Counted from the first letter of the stretch, positions 9,071 to 19,197 are shown. The stretch: 64,000 nucleotides of DNA from Vulcanimicrobiota bacterium (GCA_050250895.1 JBFWNU010000002.1:920709-984708); one strand, 5' to 3'. Translations and numbers: made by a program. Notes: generated by a model from the letters alone, not told the origin.

Positions 9071-10423
9071 ATGATCGATTTCGAGCGGGTCACCGGCGAA
9101 GATCTGGTGACGTTCATCAATGCCTGTTTCGCCTGCACCGGCCAGGCCGAGTTCTATAGCGGAGCCTCCGAGCAAGCCGTGTCGATCGCCTTTTTGCACG
9201 AGTATATCCGGGTGAACTACCGGCGGCTGTATGCCCTCACCCTGGCCGCTGGCATCAACCACTTCAACACGGCCGAGATCGTGTTTGGGCTGCTGGCCAC
9301 CGGTGCCGACACCAGGGCCAACGACCGCCAACTCGAGAACTCCCTCATCCGGTCCGCTCTGAGAGGGCTGCCGCCCCAGCGTGCCTACGGGCTTTTTCGT
9401 CGCCTGGCCCACGAGAAGGTCAACAATCGCCGCAGCCGCGCGGTGATGCGCGATTATTTTCGAGGCCGGCGCGAGCCTGACTTCGACCTGGTGAAGTATC
9501 GTCGCAAGTTGCGTCCGGCCGTGACCCACGCCCATCTGGGGCTCGAGGCCGAGCAAGCTAGCTTTCTTTTTCGCGGGGCTCGCCAGCGGCGCTACCAGCG
9601 GCCGCTGTTCGAGACCTTTCGCCAGGCCCACTATCAGAAAGAGGCGGTCTATCGCCTTCCTTACACCATCGCCGAGGGCCTGGCCGCCCGTCATGGCATC
9701 GACCGCCAGCGTTTTCTGGCCGGCATCGACCACCAGCTGACCGACCGCGAGCGACTGCGCTTGCAGAAGGCCGGAGCCCGCGCCTTTGACCTCAAGCGCG
9801 CCAGTCTGACCGAGCTGGCCGTCTATGCTCTTTCGCTGGCGCCCAGCGAGCGAGCTGGACTGCACCAGGCTTTGAGCGAAGCTGCCTCCCGGCTGGTGCC
9901 GAGCTTTGGTTTAGGCCGGGTGGCGGCCGTGCTCGACTGTAGCTATTCGTCCTCGGGCAGCCGGGCCAAGCGCAACCGACCGCTGGCGGTGGCGCTGGGG
10001 GTTCACTACGTTTTGAGTCACAACCCGGACTATCGAGCCTTCTGGACCCAGCCCAAGGCAGTGCCCCTCGAGCTGGTGGCCGCTGGCTCTACCGACCTGG
10101 CGGGGCCGTTGGTCGAAGCGCTGGCTGGCCAGCCCGAACTGGTCATCATCGTCTCGGACGGGCACGAGAACGACCCTCCCGGAGCCGTCTCCGAGGTGGT
10201 TCGCCTCTATCGTGGCTGGGGAGGCAAGGCTTCGGTCATTCACCTCAATCCGGTCTTTAGCCCCGAAGACTACCTGCCCCGTCCTTTGGGACCAAACCTG
10301 CCCACTCTGGGGTTGGGGCGAGTCGAGGATCTGGCCACGGCCATCGGCTTTGCGCGCTTTGCCGAAGGCCGCCTCGGCCTGGCCCAGCTCGAGGCCTATC
10401 TCGAGGGACGCATTCCATGCTAA
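9071..10423 (+). CDS. TROVE/Ro60-like protein with C-terminal vWA domain
   Basis: Helical Arg-rich N-terminal region; vWA MIDAS elements VLDCSYSSSG, GSTDL and IVSDGHEN. The TROVE-like assignment is inferred from architecture. Confidence 0.7.
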   Translation: MIDFERVTGEDLVTFINACFACTGQAEFYSGASEQAVSIAFLHEYIRVNYRRLYALTLAAGINHFNTAEIVFGLLATGADTRANDRQLENSLIRSALRGLPPQRAYGLFRRLAHEKVNNRRSRAVMRDYFRGRREPDFDLVKYRRKLRPAVTHAHLGLEAEQASFLFRGARQRRYQRPLFETFRQAHYQKEAVYRLPYTIAEGLAARHGIDRQRFLAGIDHQLTDRERLRLQKAGARAFDLKRASLTELAVYALSLAPSERAGLHQALSEAASRLVPSFGLGRVAAVLDCSYSSSGSRAKRNRPLAVALGVHYVLSHNPDYRAFWTQPKAVPLELVAAGSTDLAGPLVEALAGQPELVIIVSDGHENDPPGAVSEVVRLYRGWGGKASVIHLNPVFSPEDYLPRPLGPNLPTLGLGRVEDLATAIGFARFAEGRLGLAQLEAYLEGRIPC

Positions 10424-11511
10424 TGCAACATCTGAATTTCGACCAGTTTCGCCTGGGCGTGACCCAGGTGCTGGGCTCGGTGCGACTGGCTCCCGTGTTG
10501 CGCCAGGATTGCCCGGGTGATTTGCGCCTGGGCCCGGTGGGGGTCTCCGAAGAAAGGGTCGCCTCAGCCGACGGCAAGGCCAACTATTTGTCTTACTTTC
10601 CTCACGCCCTGATCGCGCGCTTTAGTCAGGACGGGTCGGCTCTGGTTCCCCAGGGCACCCAGCTCGGCCAGCCTTCCCGGCTGTGCAGCCTGGGTCGGGT
10701 CTATCGCCGCACCGGCCCCGGCGAGGTTGCCTTTCTGCCTTTGCATGTGGCCATGGAGGGCTTTCTGTCGCTCCATTTCAAAGGCCCCGAGATCGCCTGG
10801 CCCGAGTATGTCCGCCAGGTGCGCCGGCGAGGCCTGGGTTTTCGTCTCGAGACCAGCGCCAGCGGCTGGGTTGTCAAAGGGCTCGAGCGGGCCCTGGCTT
10901 GCTTTGAGTGGCATCCTCACCAGGTGGGCTCGCTCCTTTTTGTTGACGACGAGTTTCTGGCCGCTTTCGTGGTCAGTCATCCCCAGGACTATCGCAAACT
11001 GCATCGCTCGCTCTTGACCGACTTCTTCCCCGAGCAGGTGCTCCACTACGGTTATCTTCGCGCGGCCGAGGACCGGGTGTCTTTCGGCCCGGCCAAGAAC
11101 CTCGACGAGTTGCGCCGCGAGCTAGAACGCCAACGCAGCCAGCACCACCAACTCAACAGTTTGCGGGCTGAGAGCCTGGTCAATCGGCCCGTCCAGGCCC
11201 ATCAGGTGTACAAGCTGGGTCCGTTTCGCCTGCAGCGCTTCTGCACCGACCTGGCGCGCGGAGTCGATAACCACATCGGCGAGGCGATCCTGCGAGCCGA
11301 CGGCAAGCTGGAATACCTCAAGAGCTATCGCCTGTCCGAAGCCCAGAGTCGCCGCGCCTTCCTATTGCGCAGCCTGGCCGAGGCCGACTGGAATCTCGGC
11401 CGGGCCGCCGAGAGTCTCCATTGCGTCGACGAAGAAGAAGTGGCCCGCCTGTTGATCCACGCGGGCTTTGGCTATCTGCTCAACCCCGAGCTGGTGCGGC
11501 GGGCTCGCTAG
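10417..11511 (+). CDS. ARPP-2-like domain protein with C-terminal Fis-type HTH
   Basis: SVRLAPVLR, SYFPHA, FLPLHVAMEGFLSLHF and HPQDYRKLHRSLL match my recollection of ARPP-2 proteins. The tail LAEADWNLGRAAESL resembles a Fis HTH. Overlaps the upstream stop. Confidence 0.65.
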   Translation: MLMQHLNFDQFRLGVTQVLGSVRLAPVLRQDCPGDLRLGPVGVSEERVASADGKANYLSYFPHALIARFSQDGSALVPQGTQLGQPSRLCSLGRVYRRTGPGEVAFLPLHVAMEGFLSLHFKGPEIAWPEYVRQVRRRGLGFRLETSASGWVVKGLERALACFEWHPHQVGSLLFVDDEFLAAFVVSHPQDYRKLHRSLLTDFFPEQVLHYGYLRAAEDRVSFGPAKNLDELRRELERQRSQHHQLNSLRAESLVNRPVQAHQVYKLGPFRLQRFCTDLARGVDNHIGEAILRADGKLEYLKSYRLSEAQSRRAFLLRSLAEADWNLGRAAESLHCVDEEEVARLLIHAGFGYLLNPELVRRAR

Positions 11512-12232
11512 GGTTCATCACCATGCCGTAGACCTTGCGGATGTCGGCGTCGTCACCGGTGGTGGTCACGATGACGTCAACCGGCATGTCGATAAGCTTT
11601 TGCACCGGGTCGGGCTGATGGTGATGGTCGTGGTTTCCGTGGTCGTGATTGTTGTGCCACGATAGAAAGTCGCCGTTGCCGCCGTCGATGACGAAGTAGC
11701 TCATGGGATAGGTCGACAGCCACTGCCCCTTCCAGTGAACCTCCTTGCCTTGCAGCTGACCGTCGATCTCGGCGCTGCGGTCGGGGTGCAGGAGCATCGA
11801 GAACTCGCCCATGCGGGGCGAGGTGAACTTGTGCTCGCCCACCAGGTTGTGCTCGTGGTGGTTGAGTTCGCCCGCGAAAGCCTCGGGGTCGGGCACGCGA
11901 TGAAAGGTGATCTGCTGGCCTTCCCACTGGGGCAGTCCGTGGATGTCGATGTCCCGGCCGGGCCAGAAATACTCGGGGTCGTGGTCGCCCACGGCGATGG
12001 CGATCTCGCTGCCGTTCTCGGGGCGCAGCTTCAATACACCGTCTTCCAGGCTATAGTTGCCGTGGGCGCCGCGATAGTTGGCGCCGTAGATCTCGCCTTC
12101 GAGAGTGAAGGTATCCTCACCCAGTTCAAGCAGAGCCAGTTCGTGGGTCTCACCCTCGGGATCTTCCGGAAAGGTGTCGATGGTGTAGCGTTTTCCGGCA
12201 AACTCGACGGCCGGCGTGGAGGCGATTCGCAT
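11480..12232 (-). CDS. hypothetical His-rich protein
   Basis: ATG at 12232 (MRIASTP); HHEH and HNNHDHGNHDHHH segments. Confidence 0.65.
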   Translation of the reverse strand: MRIASTPAVEFAGKRYTIDTFPEDPEGETHELALLELGEDTFTLEGEIYGANYRGAHGNYSLEDGVLKLRPENGSEIAIAVGDHDPEYFWPGRDIDIHGLPQWEGQQITFHRVPDPEAFAGELNHHEHNLVGEHKFTSPRMGEFSMLLHPDRSAEIDGQLQGKEVHWKGQWLSTYPMSYFVIDGGNGDFLSWHNNHDHGNHDHHHQPDPVQKLIDMPVDVIVTTTGDDADIRKVYGMVMNPSEPAAPARG

Positions 12233-12346
12233 AGGGCAAGCTACCACGCCGCCCTTCACCCTGTCGGTGAACAGATTGTTGCCAGTCGGTCGTTTTTGGG
12301 ACCGATCGGCGGAAGGCGTGGGCCGGTCGGGCCAGAAGTTTGGCTT

Positions 12347-13984
12347 ATGACGTTGACCACAGCCAACCTCGATACCCACGAGGTCACCAATCAGCCTCCT
12401 GCGCTAGAGAACTACAACCTCTTCGAGACCGACCCCGTGCTCAAGTCGGGCATCGAGCGCTATGACGGCGGTTGGGGGTTGCCAGAGCTGGCTAGCCTGG
12501 GTCAACATATCGGCACCAGCGAGTTTCTTCATCTCGGCAACCTGGCCAATCGCTTTCCCCCCGAGTTGCACACCCACGACCGCTTCGGTCACCGCATCGA
12601 CCGGGTCGAGTTTCATCCGTCCTATCACGAGTTGATGAAGACGGGTGTCGAAGCTGGCGTCTGCGCCGGGCCCTGGCGCGACCCCAAGCCCGGCGCCCAG
12701 GTGGTGCGGGCCGCCAAGCACTTCTTGCTGACCCAGGTCGAAGCCGGGGTCGAATGCCCGATGACCATGACCTACGCGGCCGTTCCGGCCCTGCGCGCCG
12801 AACCCTCGGTGGCGGCCGAGTGGGAGCCGCGCATTCTGGCCGGTCGCTACGACCCGCGCTTTCTGCCCGCCGACCAGAAAGACGGCGTTATGATCGGCAT
12901 GGCCATGACCGAAAAGCAGGGCGGTTCGGACGTGCGGGCCAACACCACCCGGGCCGTGCCCGCCGAGGGTGGTTTTCACCTGACCGGCCACAAGTGGTTC
13001 TGCTCGGCCCCCATGTGCGACGCCTTTCTGACCCTGGCCTATACCGACCGGGGCTTGACCTGCTTTCTGGTGCCTCGCTTCAAGCCTGACGGCAGCCAGA
13101 ACCGCCTGATGGTGATGCGCCTCAAGAACAAGTTGGGCAACAAGGCCAACGCCTCGAGCGAGATCGAATATGACCACACCTGGGCAGCCCGGGTGGGCGA
13201 AGAGGGTAGGGGAGTGCCCACCATCATCGAGATGGTCAACCACACTCGCCTCGACTGCGTCATCGGCAGCGCCGGCCTGATGCGCCAGGCTCTGGCGCAG
13301 GCCATTCACCACACTCGCCATCGCAAAGCTTTCGGCGCGCTGTTGAGCGAGCAGCCGCTGATGATGAACGTACTGGCCGACCTGGCCGTCGAGTCCGAGG
13401 TCTCGACTCGCCTGGCCCTTTGGCTGGCCCGGGGCTATGACGATGTGCACGGCAGTGCCGGGCGCCGAGCCCTGGTGCGCATCGCCACGGCCGTCTCGAA
13501 ATACTGGGTGTGCAAGCGGGCCCCGCGCATGATTGTCGAGTGCCTCGAGAGCCATGGCGGAGCCGGCTATGTGGAAGAGTCGATTCTGCCGCGACTCTAT
13601 CGTGAGGCGCCCCTGTCGTCGATCTGGGAGGGGTCGGGCAATGTGATGTGCCTGGATGTCTTGCGAGCCATCAGCAAAGAGCCCGAGAGCATGCCGGCCT
13701 TACTGGGCGAGTTGGCTGAAGCTCAAGGGCAAGACCCCCGTTACGACGCCCACCTGGCCAGCCTCAAGGCCCAGGTCCGCGACGGCGAAAACTTGCAGTA
13801 CCGGGCCCGCTATCTGGTCGAGGGGTTGGCCATCGCCCTGCAGGCCAGCCTGCTCTTGCGCGAAGGCCCCTCGCTGATGGCCGACGCCTATCTGGGCTCG
13901 CGCCTGGGCAGCGGCCGCGAGTATGGAACGCTGCCGACCAACATCGATTGCCAGGCCATCCTCGAGCGAGCCTTTCCAGGCTAG
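12347..13984 (+). CDS. aidB: AidB-like acyl-CoA dehydrogenase
   Basis: THEVTNQPP, CPMTMTYA, GMAMTEKQGGSDV, GHKWFCSAP, KLGNKANASSE and IWEGSGNVMCLD motifs. Confidence 0.88.
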   Translation: MTLTTANLDTHEVTNQPPALENYNLFETDPVLKSGIERYDGGWGLPELASLGQHIGTSEFLHLGNLANRFPPELHTHDRFGHRIDRVEFHPSYHELMKTGVEAGVCAGPWRDPKPGAQVVRAAKHFLLTQVEAGVECPMTMTYAAVPALRAEPSVAAEWEPRILAGRYDPRFLPADQKDGVMIGMAMTEKQGGSDVRANTTRAVPAEGGFHLTGHKWFCSAPMCDAFLTLAYTDRGLTCFLVPRFKPDGSQNRLMVMRLKNKLGNKANASSEIEYDHTWAARVGEEGRGVPTIIEMVNHTRLDCVIGSAGLMRQALAQAIHHTRHRKAFGALLSEQPLMMNVLADLAVESEVSTRLALWLARGYDDVHGSAGRRALVRIATAVSKYWVCKRAPRMIVECLESHGGAGYVEESILPRLYREAPLSSIWEGSGNVMCLDVLRAISKEPESMPALLGELAEAQGQDPRYDAHLASLKAQVRDGENLQYRARYLVEGLAIALQASLLLREGPSLMADAYLGSRLGSGREYGTLPTNIDCQAILERAFPG

Positions 13985-14097
13985 CCGGAAGAAGAATCCA
14001 CCGCAGTGGGCCTCGCCCAGTCGTCGCGAAAGGTCACGCATCCTATCATACGACTCCGATGGCGACGTGATTTACGTGAAGAGCCTCGACAGCGCCT

Positions 14098-14772
14098 TCA
14101 CCGCGAGGTGGCGCCGGCCTGACTGACCGGTTCGGCTTCGCACGCGACGTAGAGCCCGCGCTCGACCATGCGCCGGATGAACTCCTGGTTGCGACACAGC
14201 ACGTGGTGCTCGAGGCCGCTACGCTCGGTCGGCAGCGGCTGAATCGGCTTGGACGGCATACGCTCGAGATGGCGCGCCACCAGCCGTTCGAGTGGCTGAT
14301 CGGGAAGATAGTCGACCTCGAACCCCTCGGGCGGGTCGAAGGTCCGCTTGTGCCCCGTGGTGATTAGCTCTCCCGTTGGATGCAGACGACTGCTCACGCT
14401 ATTGCCGGTCACGAAGTTCTCATCGAGTCGCGAATAGCTGACCTCGACCAGGAACTGCAAGTCGCGACTCACGAAAATAGCCGCGTAGCCCTGCGCTTTG
14501 GGTGAGGGGATGGTGTAGAGAAAGGCCAGGGCCAGGCCCAACTGGTTGGCCGACTCGAGTGTTTTCTCGAGGCAATAGTAGACCTCGGCCGGGAACTCCT
14601 CGGCCGGGACGATAATCAGGTTCTCGATGTAGCTCGCCGTCGGCTTGCCGTCGTCGAGGTTGAAGCGGAAGAGTTTACCCGCCATGAGCAGGCCAAATCC
14701 GAAGAGACCCGGGCTCAGGTTCCAGCACTCGCGAATGCTCAGCTTTCTGAGGTCGATGCGGTAGTCGGACAT
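14098..14772 (-). CDS. hypothetical protein
   Basis: 224-aa ORF with a hydrophobic segment near the N-terminus; no family recognised. Confidence 0.6.
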   Translation of the reverse strand: MSDYRIDLRKLSIRECWNLSPGLFGFGLLMAGKLFRFNLDDGKPTASYIENLIIVPAEEFPAEVYYCLEKTLESANQLGLALAFLYTIPSPKAQGYAAIFVSRDLQFLVEVSYSRLDENFVTGNSVSSRLHPTGELITTGHKRTFDPPEGFEVDYLPDQPLERLVARHLERMPSKPIQPLPTERSGLEHHVLCRNQEFIRRMVERGLYVACEAEPVSQAGATSR

Positions 14773-14812
14773 CCCTGGCCAATTCGAGCCCCCAGGCCCG
14801 TTACCTACGACG

Positions 14813-15070
14813 GGAGACGTGCTCCTCGTGGCTAATGGTTTCAGAATTCACGACGAGACCGAGTTTCTTGCGGCCCTTCGAGGGAGCCACATCGGGCTGG
14901 AACTCCGGCGGGATGGTTGCGAGTTGAGAATCGGCATTCCGACTGACCAGCTCCTACCCCGGGCCAGAAAATTGGGGTTTCATTTCCACCCTGACCCCCA
15001 GAGTGCATGCCTGGACGGCGCGCGAGGCTGCTACAATCGACGTTGTCCAGACGCGTTCGGAGACTGGTAG
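14813..15070 (+). pseudogene. 5'-truncated paralog of the PDZ-like gene at 16823..17281
   Basis: GDVLLVANGFRI...LELRRDGCELRIGIPTDQLLPRARKLGFHFHPD aligns with GDVVLSVNGYRV...LEIRRDGQEMAVHVTQAQMIPRMRALGWDLNPE. Confidence 0.65.
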
Positions 15071-15090
15071 CGGGTCCGCGCCGCAATCAA

Positions 15091-15312
15091 GGCGAGATGT
15101 TCGCGATGGCCGGGGGTAGCCTCCCACGATCGGAAACCTCCAATCTGGGTGGCTTGTTGCACGCCCTTCTGCGGGGCGGGCCTTGCGAGGTTCTCACCAG
15201 CAACATGAAGGTATGCACGCCTTCGCGCAGCCTGTTTTCTTATCCTGATTTAACGGTCGTCCGCGGTGAGCGGGTCGAATCTGCCGACCTGGGCGAGTCA
15301 TCCCGAGCTTGA
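15091..15312 (+). pseudogene. Uma2/DUF820 endonuclease remnant
   Basis: GEMFAMAGGS...NLGGLLHALLRGGPCEVLTSNMKV...YPDLTVV; the catalytic VEVLS region is absent. Confidence 0.75.
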
Positions 15313-16481
15313 CTTAGTCCCCGGCGATGCACGGCGGCTTCGCGAGCCGCCCTCCATTCGGACCGAGTGGCGAAGTCTTTCTCGTGCTCGGCGGCGTGGC
15401 AGCCCGGACATAACAGCTCCAGGTCTTCCAGGCGATGTTGCCTGGTTTCGGACCAGGCACGGACGTGGTGCACCACCAGATTTCCGCCCGCCCATGAGCA
15501 TCGCTCACAGCGTCCACAAGCGCGGGCGTGCACCGCTCGCAGCAAACTCAAGGGAATGGCCGGCCGGGTCTTGGATCGGCTTGGCACCAGTGGCAACTGT
15601 TTCGCCGAGCTAGTTCCAGCTGGAAGTTCAGTTGGGGGACCAGCCACCACGATGCCCGTTTGTTTCATCGCCTCCTCGACGGCCGTAGACTCGGCAGGCA
15701 AGAGTCCGCGGTCGGTGTCGTAGAAGCCCTGGCCCGTCTCGCCATTCACGTGCACGATGACCTGGTGTCGCACTTTGCTGCGGTGATCAGCTGTGGACAG
15801 CGTTCCTCTGGCCATCGCCGTGACCGCCGTCTCTTTGCTTACGCGCTTGCCATGGCGGGCCTCGATCACGCCCTTCGCCTGCTCGTAGGTGGCATACTGT
15901 TCGGGGGTCATCAGCAGAGTCACCTGGATCAACTTCGGTAGCTCGGGGACCGGCGCCGGCTTGATGACCGGGGTCGGTTTGGTGGGCTCTTCCAGCTTCA
16001 GCTGAGCTTGAGCTTGGCTAGCTTCGAGCGACGCCTTTAAAGCCTGGCCGCGCTTGTGTTGCGTGGGAGTTAGGGCTACCGCGCGCTCGACGGCCTGAGC
16101 CTTGTTCTTGAGGGCGAAGTCCAGCATCGCGCGCTCGTTGTCGGGGGTGGCGATGCGCTTGAGAGCGCGGGCTTTGCTCCAGCAGAGCATGCCTTTGCGA
16201 AAGGCTTCTGAGATCAGCGGGAGCTGCTCGAAAACTCTAGCCAGGCTGAGGAGTTCGCCGGCCTTTTGGGGATGGAGTTTGAGATGGGTCACGGCGTAGC
16301 CCACCACGCTGCCACTACCCATGTGGCGGTAGAGTCCGCTGCGTTCGGTGGCCAGCAGATGGGCGGCGAGCTCCCACTCGCATCCGAACGAGCGCCTGCT
16401 CGCCTCGCGGTTTTTTCGATGTAGCTCCTGGTGCGAGAGTTGTTGTAGTGACTGGGAAAGTGCCGACAGAGTTGAAGACAT
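15240..16481 (-). mobile_element. HNH endonuclease with long helical (DUF222-like) N-terminus; probable selfish element
   Basis: C-terminal CERC...VHHVRAWS...LELLCPGCHAAEH HNH/Zn motif; GGAGG RBS; 3' end runs antisense into the Uma2 remnant. Confidence 0.75.
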
Positions 16482-16822
16482 GGGACGACCTCCGGCTCGA
16501 AAAAGAATCAGGGCATAACTCTATTTTAGTCAAGAATGTCGACCGGATCAATGCGGAAAAATGGCTTGGTTATAGGGTTTGTCGCTGTCTTCTTGAGCGG
16601 TCGTGAGGGGAGCTTTTGCCGCTGAAATGATTTCAGCAACCATGTTCTGTGTCAGGATGGCTGCTGGCGCGCTTGAGGCCCCGACCGTGTCAGGTTTGGG
16701 CGGGACCACCTTTGGGCCTCTCCCGTGGGTTGAGAATGTTAAGGGATGACAATATTTGGACGCGACACTTCCAGCTGGAAGACGGGCTGTTCACCATGGT
16801 CAACCTGTGGCAAACTAGACGA

Positions 16823-17281
16823 ATGAAAGACCTGAAATGGATAGGCTTGCTGCTAGCGCTGGTGGCGACGTTGGTTCGTCTGCAGACTCCCGAGCCGTCC
16901 CTCGCCCTGGACCCGCGGCCTCCCGCCGACTGGGCTCACCTGGCCTGGAAGTTGAAATCGATGGCGCGGACGGTCGAGGAGATCGACACGCGCCAGACCG
17001 GTATCCTGATCAACGATTGGGACGGGTGGAGCGTCGTTTCTCTTCGCGAGGGTGATGTGGTGTTGTCTGTTAATGGCTACCGGGTGGAGAAGCCTGTTGA
17101 CTTTGTCCAGGCGCCGCCAAGTAAAGGTTTCATGGACTTGGAGATACGCCGAGACGGGCAAGAGATGGCTGTTCATGTCACCCAAGCCCAGATGATTCCC
17201 CGGATGCGGGCGCTTGGCTGGGACCTTAACCCGGAACTTTCGGTCACTTATCGCTGTATAACGCCACCCGAAGGCCGCTAA
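16823..17281 (+). CDS. membrane-anchored PDZ-like domain protein
   Basis: N-terminal hydrophobic helix; LREGDVVLSVNG and LEIRRDG PDZ-like motifs. Confidence 0.65.
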   Translation: MKDLKWIGLLLALVATLVRLQTPEPSLALDPRPPADWAHLAWKLKSMARTVEEIDTRQTGILINDWDGWSVVSLREGDVVLSVNGYRVEKPVDFVQAPPSKGFMDLEIRRDGQEMAVHVTQAQMIPRMRALGWDLNPELSVTYRCITPPEGR

Positions 17282-17290
17282 ACGCCGTGG

Positions 17291-19189
17291 CTATTCGAGG
17301 ATGTCGAGGCGTTGGGCGCCGATCCAGACGGCGTTCTCTTCGACCTGCAGGTCCTGGGTCGTGCCGGCCAGCGAGCGTTCCAGGGTGAGCATCTCCTGGG
17401 CTTTCTCTAGATCGCGGGTGGCTTTGAAGAACTCGACCAGACGGTTCCAGTCTGGCTCCCAATCGGGCTTCTGCCCACGCAGCGTGTCCTCGGCCGCGAA
17501 CAGGGCGCGGGCGGTGTCGAGGTCGCCGTGGGCCAGATCAAGATGGGTCTTGAGTCGGTCCAGGCGTTGCTTGGGCTCGAGCGTGGGCATGGACGCGTCT
17601 AAAAGCTGGTGCATCGAGAAGGCCGTGTCGAGGTTGGCAAAGCTGGTCGGCAACTCGCGTAGCTCGGTCTTCTCGATGGCGGCTTTCCAGGCGTTGAGCA
17701 CCGAGTAGTCGTGGTGGGAATGCTTGAGACCGCGACAGACCCCCAGCAAGAAGGCGGTGCGGGAGGCCAGGCCGCTCTCGGGATGCTGATCGAGCTGGGC
17801 CACCTGCTGCTGCAGTTCGCGTCCCTGGAGTAGATCCAGGGTCAGGTCCCGCAGGCTGGGCAGGTGGGCTGCCCTGGTCAGGGTCAACAAGCCCGTCAGC
17901 TCCTCGCGAAGGCTCGGATTGTGGGGTGATTGGCGGGCCAGCAGGCCCAGGGTTGCCAGCGTGCGGGGCGGGGCCTCGCCGGCGTCGGGGTGCTGGGCCA
18001 GCTCGCGCCGGCACTCGTCGAGCATGTCTGGCCAGCGGTCTTTGAGGTTGGTCAGCTCGGTCAAACTGTTGAGGAAGGGATCGTAGCTCGCCTCGGCCAG
18101 CCAGCGAAACTTGCCGTCATCGATGTAGCTGAAGCCATCTCTGAAGGTGTCGAGCAGGTGGTCGCCCAGCGGGCGCCGGCCCGGGCCCACGCTGATTTGC
18201 TCGAATTGCTCGGGAAATCTCTTCTTCACCTCGACCAGGCAGCCCAGCAGGTGACGAGGTTCCCAGTCGGTCGGGGTCTGCATGCGCGGGGCGGAGGCCA
18301 GCGTGCTGCTCACCAGCCAGCCCAGCGTGCGCGGAGTGGGTTGATAGTCGTGGCGGGTCAAGGCGGTCAAGAACAGCTGGCCATACTCCTGGCGGCCACC
18401 GGCGGCCAGTTGCTCGAGCATGGGGGCGCAGAGTTCGGGCTTGCGAGCGCACCACGAGGCCAGGGTGTCCGCCCTGGGAGCGTTGAGAGGATCGGCCACC
18501 GCGGCTCGCATGAACGCTTCGTCGAGCACTTCGGGAAAGGCCGCCACCAGGGCTGCTTCGTAGTCGGTTTGGTCGAGGGTTCCCAGGTTACGAGCCCGCT
18601 CGGGCACCGCCGTCAAGGCTTGCAGATGGGGCTTGAGTTCGGCTCGCAGATCGTCGTCGCTGCCTGCTTTACGCAGCAAGGCCGAGACGCCTTGCAGAGC
18701 GGCCGGGTCGAAGACTCCGTAGTCCATTTCGGTCAGGGCCGCGCTAAGTTGACCGTGGCCGGCCAGACTGGCGAGTTGCTGGGGAGTGCGACCCGGGATG
18801 AGAGTCAGGCCCTCGGGACGAGCGACCACCACGCAAGCGGCCGGGTTGTGGCTGCCGTGCCAGAGTCCACGGGCTTTCCAGTCCGCCAGAATCTGGTCGG
18901 CCGCCGCGCGCAAGGCGAGGTCCTGGGTCCGGGAGGCGCTCACCACCGCCGCCAGAGTGGCCGGCACGGGGTCCTTACGGGCCAGCTGGTCAAGCTGGGT
19001 GAGAGCATAGCGCGAGCCACCCGAGCCGGCCAGCAAGCTGCGAAATTCATGCAGCTCATTGCGGACCCCGGGAGAGAGGACGGTGTCTTGCTGTTGGAAT
19101 GGCGTGTACGTGTCGGTGAGTGAGGTGGCTTGCGCCGGTTGAACCGAAGACCGCTGCCAACCTGGCTTGAAGGCGATCGACGAGATCAT
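17291..19189 (-). CDS. large helical hypothetical protein with Ser-rich leader and acidic C-terminal motif
   Basis: 632-aa ORF from ATG 19189, 8 bp downstream of the M23 gene; no family recognised. Confidence 0.75.
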   Translation of the reverse strand: MISSIAFKPGWQRSSVQPAQATSLTDTYTPFQQQDTVLSPGVRNELHEFRSLLAGSGGSRYALTQLDQLARKDPVPATLAAVVSASRTQDLALRAAADQILADWKARGLWHGSHNPAACVVVARPEGLTLIPGRTPQQLASLAGHGQLSAALTEMDYGVFDPAALQGVSALLRKAGSDDDLRAELKPHLQALTAVPERARNLGTLDQTDYEAALVAAFPEVLDEAFMRAAVADPLNAPRADTLASWCARKPELCAPMLEQLAAGGRQEYGQLFLTALTRHDYQPTPRTLGWLVSSTLASAPRMQTPTDWEPRHLLGCLVEVKKRFPEQFEQISVGPGRRPLGDHLLDTFRDGFSYIDDGKFRWLAEASYDPFLNSLTELTNLKDRWPDMLDECRRELAQHPDAGEAPPRTLATLGLLARQSPHNPSLREELTGLLTLTRAAHLPSLRDLTLDLLQGRELQQQVAQLDQHPESGLASRTAFLLGVCRGLKHSHHDYSVLNAWKAAIEKTELRELPTSFANLDTAFSMHQLLDASMPTLEPKQRLDRLKTHLDLAHGDLDTARALFAAEDTLRGQKPDWEPDWNRLVEFFKATRDLEKAQEMLTLERSLAGTTQDLQVEENAVWIGAQRLDILE

Positions 19190-19197
19190 GGTCTCAG

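Noticed and set aside
11735-12346. N-terminal extension of the AidB-like ORF
   Set aside because: Overlaps the divergent gene antisense; family similarity begins near 12347.
15240-16481. IscB/TnpB/Cas9-like RNA-guided nuclease
   Set aside because: No RuvC or PLMP motifs visible; only a C-terminal HNH.
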